Position numbers and translations under genes: made by a program. From NCBI GenBank assembly GCA_039802605.1, contig JBDRWW010000015.1, forward strand, positions 1 to 22,220: a stretch of DNA of 22,220 nucleotides, given 5' to 3'. The DNA is from a candidate division WOR-3 bacterium (lineage in GTDB: Bacteria; Hydrothermota; Hydrothermia; LBFQ01). Below, in pieces: positions 1 to 8,432 of the stretch; the first letter of the stretch is position 1; each line of letters begins with the position of its first letter. The notes under the pieces were generated by a model, which searched no databases, had not been told where the DNA came from, and was given only the letters and a program-made list of their open reading frames with translations.

Positions 1-181
1 CACTATCGCAGAGTTTCGTTTCAACCCCTTATAGGTAGGCTAATAACTTTTGCAACTGGAAAAGGCACAGATTACAATGCTATCGGTTTCAACCCCTTAT
101 AGGTAGGCTAATAACACCTATCAGAAATCCCTGCAAGTGTTTGGGAAAGCAGTTTCAACCCCTTATAGGTAGGCTAATAAC
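1..181 (-). CRISPR. CRISPR array, leader-proximal end (probably continues past the window start); 30-bp repeat GTTATTAGCCTACCTATAAGGGGTTGAAAC
   Basis: Three identical copies of GTTTCAACCCCTTATAGGTAGGCTAATAAC (+) at 18-47, 86-115 and 152-181, with unique spacers at 48-85 (38 bp) and 116-151 (36 bp) and a partial spacer at 1-17. On the - strand the repeat ends in GAAAC, typical of Cas6-processed type I-B/III repeats. Confidence 0.97.
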
Positions 182-232
182 CCTTGGGTGGCACTCCGTC
201 AGACTCGCCTGTCATTATTACGGTTTCCGGGT

Positions 233-260
233 ATTATAAGGGTGAAAAATTTAAAGTCAA
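233..260 (-). promoter_or_regulatory. sigma70-type promoter of the CRISPR array (TTGACT-N16-TATAAT)
   Basis: - strand reads TTGACT (260-255), a 16-nt spacer, then TATAAT (238-233), pointing toward the repeat at 181. Confidence 0.75.
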
Positions 261-261
261 G

Positions 262-411
262 TGTTCGGGAACCTCCAATAGTGCAAAAACCCCCGGGGGT
301 TGCCGAACATTTTCTGTATGGCTTTATTATTAAGAAAACCCATTTATAACGCAAAAATAATGATTTGAATAAAACGAAACGGCCTTTTTAAAAAGGGGGG
401 TTGCCGAACAT
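262..411. repeat. Leader motif present three times (one inverted, two direct copies)
   Basis: GGGGGTTGCCGAACAT is exact at 295-310 and 396-411. TGTTCGGGAACCTCC at 262-276 is a 13/15 inverted copy. Confidence 0.85.
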
Positions 412-444
412 CGTATAAAAGCAATTGTAAAGGCATAAAAATGG

Positions 445-485
445 TTTAAAACGCAAATAAAATGACACTTTTTAAAACGCAAATA
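445..485. repeat. 15-bp direct repeat TTTAAAACGCAAATA
   Basis: Exact copies at 445-459 and 471-485. Confidence 0.75.
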
Positions 486-576
486 CATAGTCGGTTGGAA
501 CGCTATAAAATCGCCAATTAACTAATTTACAAAGATAACAAATTTTCCGGGTAAGAAAATCGGGTATTTGGAGGTA

Positions 577-1695
577 TTATTCCAAGGTTTTTAGAATTTT
601 ATCATATCTTTTTAAGGCCTCTTGGGGCGATAATATACCCTTTAAAACGGGTTCCATAACCTCGGTGGCGAAATACCTCCTACCCCTTAACCAAATCTCC
701 GTTTTTGGTTCATAAGTTGCCCTTTCAATCTGTTTAAACACGGGTATCAATTCTTCTGGAGCGAGGTTGATTTTGGTTATAGGTGAATAACCCGTTTTCG
801 AAGCCCAAAACATCTGAATACTATCCGTTAAAAACAGACTTACAAAATTAGCCAACTCTTTGTACTCTTCTTGCCTATGCCCTTTAAAAACCGTTAAATT
901 CGTTCCCGAGATAACAACAGAATCGTATTTATCAACGGGTATAGGTGCAATCCCCATTTTAAATTTTACCTTGGGTTTCATAAAAGCATATGATACCGAT
1001 GTGGCCCAAATCATTAAAACCCTTTGTGATGCAAAATCGTCCTGATGACTATAACCCGAACCCAAATACGCACACGAATCAACCAAAACCAAATTCCTTA
1101 AATAATTTAGCGCTTCCAAACCTTCCGGAGAGTTAAAGTTTGTTTCCTTCCCACCCTTTTGTTTAAAAATTGTATAGAAAATCCAAGGGTCTATTGAAAA
1201 GGCAAAACCCCATATACCCTTCCTTTTGGCATTAATGCAAACTTCCCTCAATTCATCCCATGTCTTCGGAATATTCAAACCAAGGCTGTCCATAAGGTTG
1301 GCATTGTAAAAAATAACCGGAACACTTTTGTTAAAGGGGATTGAGATTAAAACCCCCTTGTATTTAACCTCTTCCAAAAGTTTTGGATGTATCTTGTTTA
1401 TGATGCTATCCGGCAAAAGGCTATCTATGGGTATAACCAACCCTTTATTGTAAAACTCAACGGACCATGAAGGGAATGTTTGGGATATTAAGGGTAATCT
1501 TTTTGATATGGCGAAAGATATAAGCCTTTGGGATAGCGTATTATAATTCCCGAGATTTACCTCCTTTAAGTTGGTCTTTGAAACTATATAAGATAACGCA
1601 TCACCCAGAGGGCCACCCATGGCATGCCAAAATTGATAATCCGTATTGGGCTTTTGACAACCCAAAATAAGGAGTATCAATAAAACCCTTCTCAT
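577..1695 (-). CDS. ABC transporter extracellular solute-binding lipoprotein (UgpB/sugar-binding family 1)
   Basis: Probable start MRRVLLILLILGC (lipobox ILG-C) at 1695 rather than 1758. Motifs FWHAMGG, PFNKSVPVIFYNA, PKTWDEL and WASKTGYSP are typical of UgpB-like binding proteins. Confidence 0.85.
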   Translation of the reverse strand: MRRVLLILLILGCQKPNTDYQFWHAMGGPLGDALSYIVSKTNLKEVNLGNYNTLSQRLISFAISKRLPLISQTFPSWSVEFYNKGLVIPIDSLLPDSIINKIHPKLLEEVKYKGVLISIPFNKSVPVIFYNANLMDSLGLNIPKTWDELREVCINAKRKGIWGFAFSIDPWIFYTIFKQKGGKETNFNSPEGLEALNYLRNLVLVDSCAYLGSGYSHQDDFASQRVLMIWATSVSYAFMKPKVKFKMGIAPIPVDKYDSVVISGTNLTVFKGHRQEEYKELANFVSLFLTDSIQMFWASKTGYSPITKINLAPEELIPVFKQIERATYEPKTEIWLRGRRYFATEVMEPVLKGILSPQEALKRYDKILKTLE

Positions 1696-1771
1696 AATTC
1701 TCGGTTTTATAATGGGCTTGGGATTATACGGTTGCTTGGCATAAGGCATTACCGCCATATAATACCCACCT

Positions 1772-2992
1772 ATGAAGAGGATAGCAATTCTGTTAATCGT
1801 AGGGCTTTACTCCTGTACCACGGCGGGTGAGAAAAAACCAAAAATCACCCCGGAAGAGGCGAGGGATTCCCTGAAGGTTTGGTATGCCATAGGCAAAGAT
1901 TACCTTGTAAAGGCAGAAGATAACAGGGCACAATACGATGATGCCATTAGAAATTTTAGGAAGGCTTTTTATTATGCCTCGCAGATACAGGACAAAAAGG
2001 ACACGCTTTTTAAACTCCTATTGGTGGATTATGCATATGCATTTTTGAGGAACAAACAATTGGATTCAGCGGAATACTATTACAGAAAACTTATAGAGGC
2101 CGATTCCACGGATACGAGGGGATGGCAGGGTTTGGGATTTTTGTACGGTATAGTGAATAAAGATTATGGAAAGGCTGAGGAGTTTTACAAAAAGGCTTTA
2201 ACATTCTCTCCGGATGATCCGGATGTTTTATTCGGCTTGGCAAAGGTATACGAACTCTCCGGAAGGCAGGATAAAGCCAAAGAGATATACGAAGAGGCCA
2301 TAAAGAAGGATTCGCAAAACTTTGCGTTAAACAAATCTTATGGGAATTTTTTGTTTGAGGCGGGTAATTATAAGGAGGCTATAAAGTATCTTGAAAGGGC
2401 GTATAATCTATCCGAGAAAAAGGATGACAAAAAACTCTTAGAGATGCTGGTAGATGCGTACAGAAAGGCTTGGTATAAAGATAAATCCACAGATATGAAA
2501 AAGGCCTTGGAATATGCAAACATTTTAGTCTCTTTGGAACCCGACAACTATTCCTATTACTTAAAGCGTGCGGATGTATATGAGGCGTTGAAGCAACTTA
2601 AAAAAGCGATTGAGGATTATAATAAGGCTTATGAATTAAATCAAAACGCGAAGGCGCTTTTGTTAAAACAGGCGTTTTTGTACAACGACCTCGGCAATAA
2701 GGCCGAGGCTGAAAGGTTGGCCAAAGTGGTGGCTATGGATAAGGAGATAGAAGATAATATACGGGCATCCGCATGGGCATTAATAGGCGATATAAGACAA
2801 AATGAGGCCATAAGCCTTTACAATTCCAAAAAATACGAGGATGCCGTATCTACATTTGATAGCGCTTTGGCGGCTTATCAGCAAGCCCATTTATTGGGCG
2901 ATCAGAAGTGGAAAGATTATGCAACAAGGCAAATACAAAGGGTTCAGGCCTTACGCACAAAGGCCTGGCGTAAATGGAAGAGGATCGACTGA
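1772..2992 (+). CDS. Tetratricopeptide-repeat lipoprotein
   Basis: Signal peptide with lipobox LYS-C. Many TPR-like units (AEEFYKKALTFSPDDPDVLFGLA, AIEDYNKAYELNQN). Confidence 0.9.
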   Translation: MKRIAILLIVGLYSCTTAGEKKPKITPEEARDSLKVWYAIGKDYLVKAEDNRAQYDDAIRNFRKAFYYASQIQDKKDTLFKLLLVDYAYAFLRNKQLDSAEYYYRKLIEADSTDTRGWQGLGFLYGIVNKDYGKAEEFYKKALTFSPDDPDVLFGLAKVYELSGRQDKAKEIYEEAIKKDSQNFALNKSYGNFLFEAGNYKEAIKYLERAYNLSEKKDDKKLLEMLVDAYRKAWYKDKSTDMKKALEYANILVSLEPDNYSYYLKRADVYEALKQLKKAIEDYNKAYELNQNAKALLLKQAFLYNDLGNKAEAERLAKVVAMDKEIEDNIRASAWALIGDIRQNEAISLYNSKKYEDAVSTFDSALAAYQQAHLLGDQKWKDYATRQIQRVQALRTKAWRKWKRID

Positions 2993-2996
2993 TGTA

Positions 2997-3482
2997 TTGG
3001 TTTTGAATGTGGCTTATGAGGCCATAGGTTTAACATCCATTAGAAGGGCTATAAACCTTTTGCTGAAAAACAAAGCCGAAAGTTTGGTAGTCTATGATAG
3101 AAAAATAAGGAGTGCAAAATTGAGTATTTCGGTTCCGAGTGTTATAAGGTTGAAGTATTACATAAGGCCTCTATATAAAAGCGCGCATCCAACAAAGAGA
3201 AACATTTTTATAAGGGATAGGTACCGCTGTCAGTATTGCGGTTCGGATAAAGATTTAACCATAGACCACATAATCCCAAAGGTTAGGGGTGGTAATGACA
3301 CTTGGACCAACTTGGTATGCGCGTGCAAAAAGTGTAATAACAGAAAAGGGAACTTAACCCCGGAAGAAGCGGGAATGAAACTCCTATCAAAACCCAGAAA
3401 ACCGTCATATGTGGAACTTATGATATTGTCAAAGAGGGAGATACCAGAGGAATGGATGGAATTTCTTTACTTCAAGCCCTAA
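2997..3482 (+). CDS. HNH endonuclease (McrA-like, Zn-binding)
   Basis: VLVLNxxYE N-terminus, RDRYRCQYCG, LTIDHIIPKVRGG, WTNLVCACKKCNNRKG. Start is uncertain: in-frame TTG at 2997 just after the TPR stop, or ATG at 2919; the ORF-track start at 2841 overlaps the TPR gene heavily. Confidence 0.88.
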   Translation: MVLNVAYEAIGLTSIRRAINLLLKNKAESLVVYDRKIRSAKLSISVPSVIRLKYYIRPLYKSAHPTKRNIFIRDRYRCQYCGSDKDLTIDHIIPKVRGGNDTWTNLVCACKKCNNRKGNLTPEEAGMKLLSKPRKPSYVELMILSKREIPEEWMEFLYFKP

Positions 3483-5005
3483 GGTTTATATTTATTCCCG
3501 CATACCTCTTTGGTTTGGGTTATTTGGTATCAAAGTTTTTGTTAAAAAGGGGGGATTTCACATCATCGGTTTTTTTGTCCCTTTCAATTTGGTCGGTTAT
3601 AGGTTGGTTTTCCTTCGGGTATTTGGAATATATAACTTGGATTTTAACCCTTATCGGTTTTTTGGGATTGTTTATCGGTATTAAGGATTTAATCCAGGAT
3701 AAGGAAAACTTATTGGGGTTTTTGTCGGCCATATTTTTGAGATTTTTGGCGGTTTTACCTTTAACATTCCCCTACGGAAACGACACAATAATGCATACAT
3801 ATACCACATACACCATCGTAAAGCATGGCGGATTTTTCCCAAACTTTGAACCCTTTGGATTTGGAGGTATGGGGAGTTTTAATCTGGGTTTCCACTTTAT
3901 TTCGGCAACTTTGAGTTATATAACGGGTTTAAGCGCTTTGAATTCCGTAATATTGGCCGGATACATATTTTGGGGGACATATTTCTTGGCCATAAATACC
4001 TTCATTAAAGATTGGAAAATTTCACTGGTTATAGCATTTATAACCCTTGGCCCATCAACATTTATGGCTTGGGGTGGATTTCCAACCCTAGCCTCCGTCT
4101 CCTTTTCCATATACGCCTTTTCGTTATCGGGAACCCTTTCCTTACCCTTTTGGATGGCTGCATTTTCAACACATTTTATTCCCGCATCCGTTGCCTTTTT
4201 ATCATACCTCATTTCCCGGAGAAAGGATATAAACAGAACATTTTTGTTTGGCCTATTAATCTTTGCCGCAATTCTTTCACCGCAGTACTTTGCAATCTTG
4301 GGGCAAAACTCGTCCTTAGAGCCCTATGAAAATAACACATTAAACATCTTTGTAAAGGATACATTTATAAAACCGCTAATATTTAATTTTGTGTATCTGC
4401 TGTTGGCGTTTATTGGGTATAAAAAATTTGACGGATTAAAGGAAAAATTGCCCCCTTGGGTAATCCTCTTACCCATCGTATTCGGTGTATTATCTTACCT
4501 CTGGGCGATTTTTGATTTAAGGCCCCATCACATAAAAAGTTTTTATATGGGGAGGATGTTTGTACCTATCATCATACCGGCATTTTTCGGATTAAAGTGG
4601 GTAATTCAAAGGTTTAAGGTTTTGTATATTCCCATATTCTTAGTCGGTTTAGCCTTTGTTTATAAGGCTCACGCAAGGTATAAAAAAGATCCAAATATAT
4701 GGTCTTATGTATCCACATTCAAAGCGGATACCCTTTGGGCCTATGTGATGTACGGGACGGAAGAATCTTTTCTTCCAGCCTTTGGTACTCCGGCATATTA
4801 TTCGCACTACATAATTACACATCTTCACGATGTAAGGGTGTTTGCCTCAAAAAGGAAATTCGGGTATGTCTTTTTACGGGATAAAGAAAGAAACAAAAGA
4901 GTTTTAGAGGTTGTTAAAAAGGATGGAATCCTTATAAGGGATTTCGGAAAGTTAAAGGTTTATAAGCTCAAAAAACCGGTTATGGGTAGTTCCCTTATCC
5001 AATAA
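3452..5005 (+). CDS. Polytopic membrane protein, possibly a GT-C-fold glycosyltransferase
   Basis: More than 10 hydrophobic segments, a GND-x3-H loop after the first helices, and a soluble C-terminal domain. The GT-C call is inference from architecture. Confidence 0.55.
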   Translation: MDGISLLQALRFIFIPAYLFGLGYLVSKFLLKRGDFTSSVFLSLSIWSVIGWFSFGYLEYITWILTLIGFLGLFIGIKDLIQDKENLLGFLSAIFLRFLAVLPLTFPYGNDTIMHTYTTYTIVKHGGFFPNFEPFGFGGMGSFNLGFHFISATLSYITGLSALNSVILAGYIFWGTYFLAINTFIKDWKISLVIAFITLGPSTFMAWGGFPTLASVSFSIYAFSLSGTLSLPFWMAAFSTHFIPASVAFLSYLISRRKDINRTFLFGLLIFAAILSPQYFAILGQNSSLEPYENNTLNIFVKDTFIKPLIFNFVYLLLAFIGYKKFDGLKEKLPPWVILLPIVFGVLSYLWAIFDLRPHHIKSFYMGRMFVPIIIPAFFGLKWVIQRFKVLYIPIFLVGLAFVYKAHARYKKDPNIWSYVSTFKADTLWAYVMYGTEESFLPAFGTPAYYSHYIITHLHDVRVFASKRKFGYVFLRDKERNKRVLEVVKKDGILIRDFGKLKVYKLKKPVMGSSLIQ

Positions 5006-6347
5006 TAACCTTTGCGAGGATAAAATAGGTTGAATATGTTATAGCATCACCAAATGTCGTAATAAAAGGTACATCCGCGCCCGCCGGGTCTATTCTTAAA
5101 CTGCGGAGTATTAAAGGTAAGATTATGCCTACGGTTGCGGCCGTAATACAGGAGACGGCCGATGCGGTTCCCACGACAAAGGCAAGTTTCAACCAAAAGT
5201 TTCCCCTTATTAACGAGATTAAGAACATCCCAAAGCCCACGGCAAAAGCTAGGAAGATTACCGTAGCAAATTCCTTAAAGAAGACATTTAAAAATCCCCT
5301 AAAACTCCTCTCAATTTCCCCCGTTGCTATCGCCCTAATGGTAAAAACCGATGACTGAGAACCTATTATTCCCGTAGTATTCGCGAGGTTTGGCAAGAAA
5401 AAGACCAATATCGGTATGTGTGCTATAACACTTTCAAAACTGTGTAAAACCCATCCGGATACGTTTCCCAAAATTATCATAACCACCAAAGGCAAAAATC
5501 TCTTTAAAAACCTTTCCTTCAAAGATTGTGTAAAATATCGGGCTTCCGGGTCAATCATACCCACAACCCTGTATATCTCTTCGCTTGCGGATTCCTCAAC
5601 AACATCCAAAATATCATCAACGGTAATTATTCCTAAAAGCCTATTACCTTTATCCACAACGGGTAAAGCAAACAAATCGTAATCCGATATTATTTTTGTG
5701 GCGAGTTTTATATCGTCATAAGCGGAAACCGTTGGTGTTGATTCAACCAAGTTTATTATCCTTTCATTGCTATCGTGTTTGATCAATTTCGTAAGCTTGA
5801 CATAACCTTTTAGTACATCATTTTTGCCCAAAACATATATGTTAAGCATCAATTCGTCCGATATGTCCAGGCCCCTAAGCTTATTTATTACATCTCCAAC
5901 GGTATCGTCGTCATAACAAGATACAAAATCGGTACTCATGTACCTACCGGCTGAATTCTCTGGATAGTTTAAAACCCTAAGGGCTATATCCCTCTCCTCT
6001 CCGGGTAATAGGGATATTATAGTTCTAACCATTTGTGGCGGAAGTTCTTCAAACAATGCGGTTCTGTCATCCGGGTCCATTTCCTCAACTATTTTGGCCA
6101 ACTGCTCATCCGTAAATCCCTTTAAAATCTTTTCCAAATTTGGCCCCTCAAATAACGATAAAACCTCGGCGGCCTTTTCGGTATTCAAAAGTCTTAAAAG
6201 TATTATGGCCTCGGATGTTTCAAGGTTTTCTATAATGTCCGCTATTTCCGCCGGATGCAATTCGTTTAACAGTAATTTTATTGCCTCAAACTCTTTTGTC
6301 CTTATATGCTCCTTTATCTCCGGAAGTAAAAGATTAACGATGTTCAT
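4995..6347 (-). CDS. mgtE: Magnesium transporter MgtE
   Basis: MgtE N-domain (LHPAEIADIIE), YPENSAGRYM, CBS pair (LPVVD...GIITVDDILDV) and membrane domain with IDPA...PFITTFGD. Confidence 0.95.
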   Translation of the reverse strand: MNIVNLLLPEIKEHIRTKEFEAIKLLLNELHPAEIADIIENLETSEAIILLRLLNTEKAAEVLSLFEGPNLEKILKGFTDEQLAKIVEEMDPDDRTALFEELPPQMVRTIISLLPGEERDIALRVLNYPENSAGRYMSTDFVSCYDDDTVGDVINKLRGLDISDELMLNIYVLGKNDVLKGYVKLTKLIKHDSNERIINLVESTPTVSAYDDIKLATKIISDYDLFALPVVDKGNRLLGIITVDDILDVVEESASEEIYRVVGMIDPEARYFTQSLKERFLKRFLPLVVMIILGNVSGWVLHSFESVIAHIPILVFFLPNLANTTGIIGSQSSVFTIRAIATGEIERSFRGFLNVFFKEFATVIFLAFAVGFGMFLISLIRGNFWLKLAFVVGTASAVSCITAATVGIILPLILRSLRIDPAGADVPFITTFGDAITYSTYFILAKVIIG

Positions 6348-7681
6348 AGAGGTTCAAGATCCGCCAAAAAGTGCCTTAAATATGGGGGTTCGTGTGTTAT
6401 CCTATAACCCCTCAAAGCTTCCTTTCGGTCATAAACCCTCGCCAAAACATCAACAACATAGTCCATATGACTTTGGGTGTACATCCTCCTTGGGATTGCA
6501 AACCTGACAAACTCAAATTTCGCCCTATCCTTAAACATTAAAGAACCCACTTCAACAACCCTAACCCCCCCTTCTCTATAAACCTCAACCGCCAAGGAAT
6601 GGGCTGGGAATTGCTCCTTTGGGATATGTTTTAGCTTTTCCGAAACCTCAATATATGCCGCATGACCTCCGGGAGGCAGCATGACATCCCAACCGACCTC
6701 CTTTAACCTTCTGGTCAAGTATTCAACCTGTCCCGTCCTGTATTCAAGATACCTTTCATCCCTTGATTCCAATAAACCTACCGCAAAACTTTCCAAATCC
6801 CTACCGGAAAGCCCGCCGTAATGTATAAACCCCTCCCATAAAACGAGTAATTCCTTGGCCTTTAAGGTTTTATCGGGGTCTTTAAACGCCAAAAATCCCC
6901 CCATGTTTGAAAGCCCATCCTTCTTTGCGCTCATAAAGGCACCATCACAATACTTAAAGGATTCCCTAATTATATCCTTCACCTCCCAATCCTTATATTT
7001 CGGATTCCTCTTTTTAACGAGGTAGGAATTTTCCGAAAGCCTACAAGCATCTATTATTAACGGAACACCGTACCTCTTGCAAATGTTATATGCCTCTATT
7101 AAATTATCAAGGTCAACGGGTTGCCCTCCCCCCGTATTGTTGGTCATAACCATAACCACAAGGGATATGTTTTCACGGCTTAGAAGGCTTTCAAGTTCTT
7201 TAAGGTCTATGTTCCCTTTAAACGGATGGTTTTCTTCAAGGCTTTTTGCCTCGGGTATAGGTATATCGTATATAACCGCACCATAACTTTCAAAGTTTGC
7301 CCTCGTCGTATCAAATAGGGTGTTTGAAACCACCTTGGCACCCTCAAAAAGGAATAGAGATGCTATTATCTTTTCGGCAGCCCTTCCCTGATGCACGGGT
7401 ATTGGGTCCTCAAAACCGGAATATTCGTATATTGCTTCTTTTAGTTTAAACCAACTTCTAGGTCCTGCATAGGATTCATCGGCCACCATCATTGCACCCC
7501 ACTGCTCTTGGGAAAGCGCCCCCGTTCCCGAATCGGTTAGAAGGTCTATAAAAACCTTCTCCGATGGGATTTTGAAAAGGTTGTATTTTGCCTCCTTCAA
7601 TATCCTTTCCCTTTCCTCCTTATCTGGAAGGCTTATAGGTTCAACCACTTTAATCCTAAAAGGTTCAACCGGGTGTCTCAT
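6344..7681 (-). CDS. tnaA: Tryptophanase (beta-eliminating lyase)
   Basis: EPFRIKVVE, IDLLTDSGT, HQGRAAE, FDTTR, PLP-lysine motif SAKKDG and C-terminal LRHF. Tyrosine phenol-lyases typically have SGKKD and LRFF instead. Confidence 0.88.
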   Translation of the reverse strand: MRHPVEPFRIKVVEPISLPDKEERERILKEAKYNLFKIPSEKVFIDLLTDSGTGALSQEQWGAMMVADESYAGPRSWFKLKEAIYEYSGFEDPIPVHQGRAAEKIIASLFLFEGAKVVSNTLFDTTRANFESYGAVIYDIPIPEAKSLEENHPFKGNIDLKELESLLSRENISLVVMVMTNNTGGGQPVDLDNLIEAYNICKRYGVPLIIDACRLSENSYLVKKRNPKYKDWEVKDIIRESFKYCDGAFMSAKKDGLSNMGGFLAFKDPDKTLKAKELLVLWEGFIHYGGLSGRDLESFAVGLLESRDERYLEYRTGQVEYLTRRLKEVGWDVMLPPGGHAAYIEVSEKLKHIPKEQFPAHSLAVEVYREGGVRVVEVGSLMFKDRAKFEFVRFAIPRRMYTQSHMDYVVDVLARVYDRKEALRGYRITHEPPYLRHFLADLEPL

Positions 7682-7742
7682 GGGTTTGATATTTTAACGA
7701 TGTTTTATTGCCAAAATATTAACGCCCTTAAAATTCCCAAAT

Positions 7743-8432
7743 ATGACGGAAAAGGAAACCGTTATAACCCTTGAAGATGTTAAAGCAAATCCAAAGGTCA
7801 AAATCTTAATCCAACGGGCGGATAAAAACCTTGAAATGTTGGGTTATACCGAACACGGCGAGAGACATGTCTCTTGGGTTGCAAAGAACGCCGGCAGGAT
7901 TATGAGAAAGTTAAACTATCCGGAGAGGAGGGCACAATTGGCGGAAATAGCGGGTTATCTACACGACATAGGGAATGCGGTTAATAGGGTTGGGCATGAG
8001 AGTATAGGCGCTTTACTAGCTAAGGATATACTTTTGGAAATGGGTATGCCCTTTGAGGAGGTTTTGGAGATAATGGCCGCTATTGGAAACCATCACGAGG
8101 AAAGCGGTTATCCGGTTTCGGATATCGCGGCCGCTTTAATATTGGCCGATAAGGCCGATGTGCATAGAACGAGGGTTAGACCCCAAAATAGAACCCCCTA
8201 CGCTTTAAGTGTGGATATACACGATAGGGTTAATTATGCCGCAACGCTTTCAAGGATAGAGGTGGATCCCAGCAGCCGGATAATAACCTACAACATTGAA
8301 ATAGATATAAACATATCGCCGGTCTTTGAGTACTTTGAGATTTTCTTAAACAGGTTGACAATAGCCAGAAAGGCGGCTGTGGTTTTAAATAGCGAATTGC
8401 ACCTTTATATAAACGGCTTAAGGGTTGCATGA
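7743..8432 (+). CDS. HD-domain metal-dependent phosphohydrolase
   Basis: H(GER)H...LHDIG...H...HH...ADKAD metal-binding pattern. Confidence 0.88.
   Translation: MTEKETVITLEDVKANPKVKILIQRADKNLEMLGYTEHGERHVSWVAKNAGRIMRKLNYPERRAQLAEIAGYLHDIGNAVNRVGHESIGALLAKDILLEMGMPFEEVLEIMAAIGNHHEESGYPVSDIAAALILADKADVHRTRVRPQNRTPYALSVDIHDRVNYAATLSRIEVDPSSRIITYNIEIDINISPVFEYFEIFLNRLTIARKAAVVLNSELHLYINGLRVA

Larger units (their letters stand above)
182..576 (-). promoter_or_regulatory. CRISPR leader region
   Basis: AT-rich non-coding region between the last repeat and the stop of the SBP gene. Contains a promoter facing the array, an inverted repeat (262-276/295-309) and direct repeats. Confidence 0.85.

Noticed and set aside
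1..151. Spacers read as open frames on the + strand (e.g. FATGKGTDYNAI, LSEIPASVWES), hinting at antisense type III-like targeting; also possible self-targeting
   Set aside because: Stretches of 36-38 nt often have open frames on both strands (spacer 48-85 does). I saw no match to the spacers in the window by eye.
174..215. 13-codon - strand mini-ORF (MTGESDGVPPKGY) running from the leader into the first repeat
   Set aside because: Too short, with no supporting ribosome-binding signal; expected by chance.
2841..3482. HNH nuclease near the CRISPR array as a Cas9/IscB-like or CRISPR-associated effector
   Set aside because: It is only about 160-190 aa with no RuvC or bridge helix, belongs to a widespread standalone HNH family, and is separated from the array by two unrelated genes.
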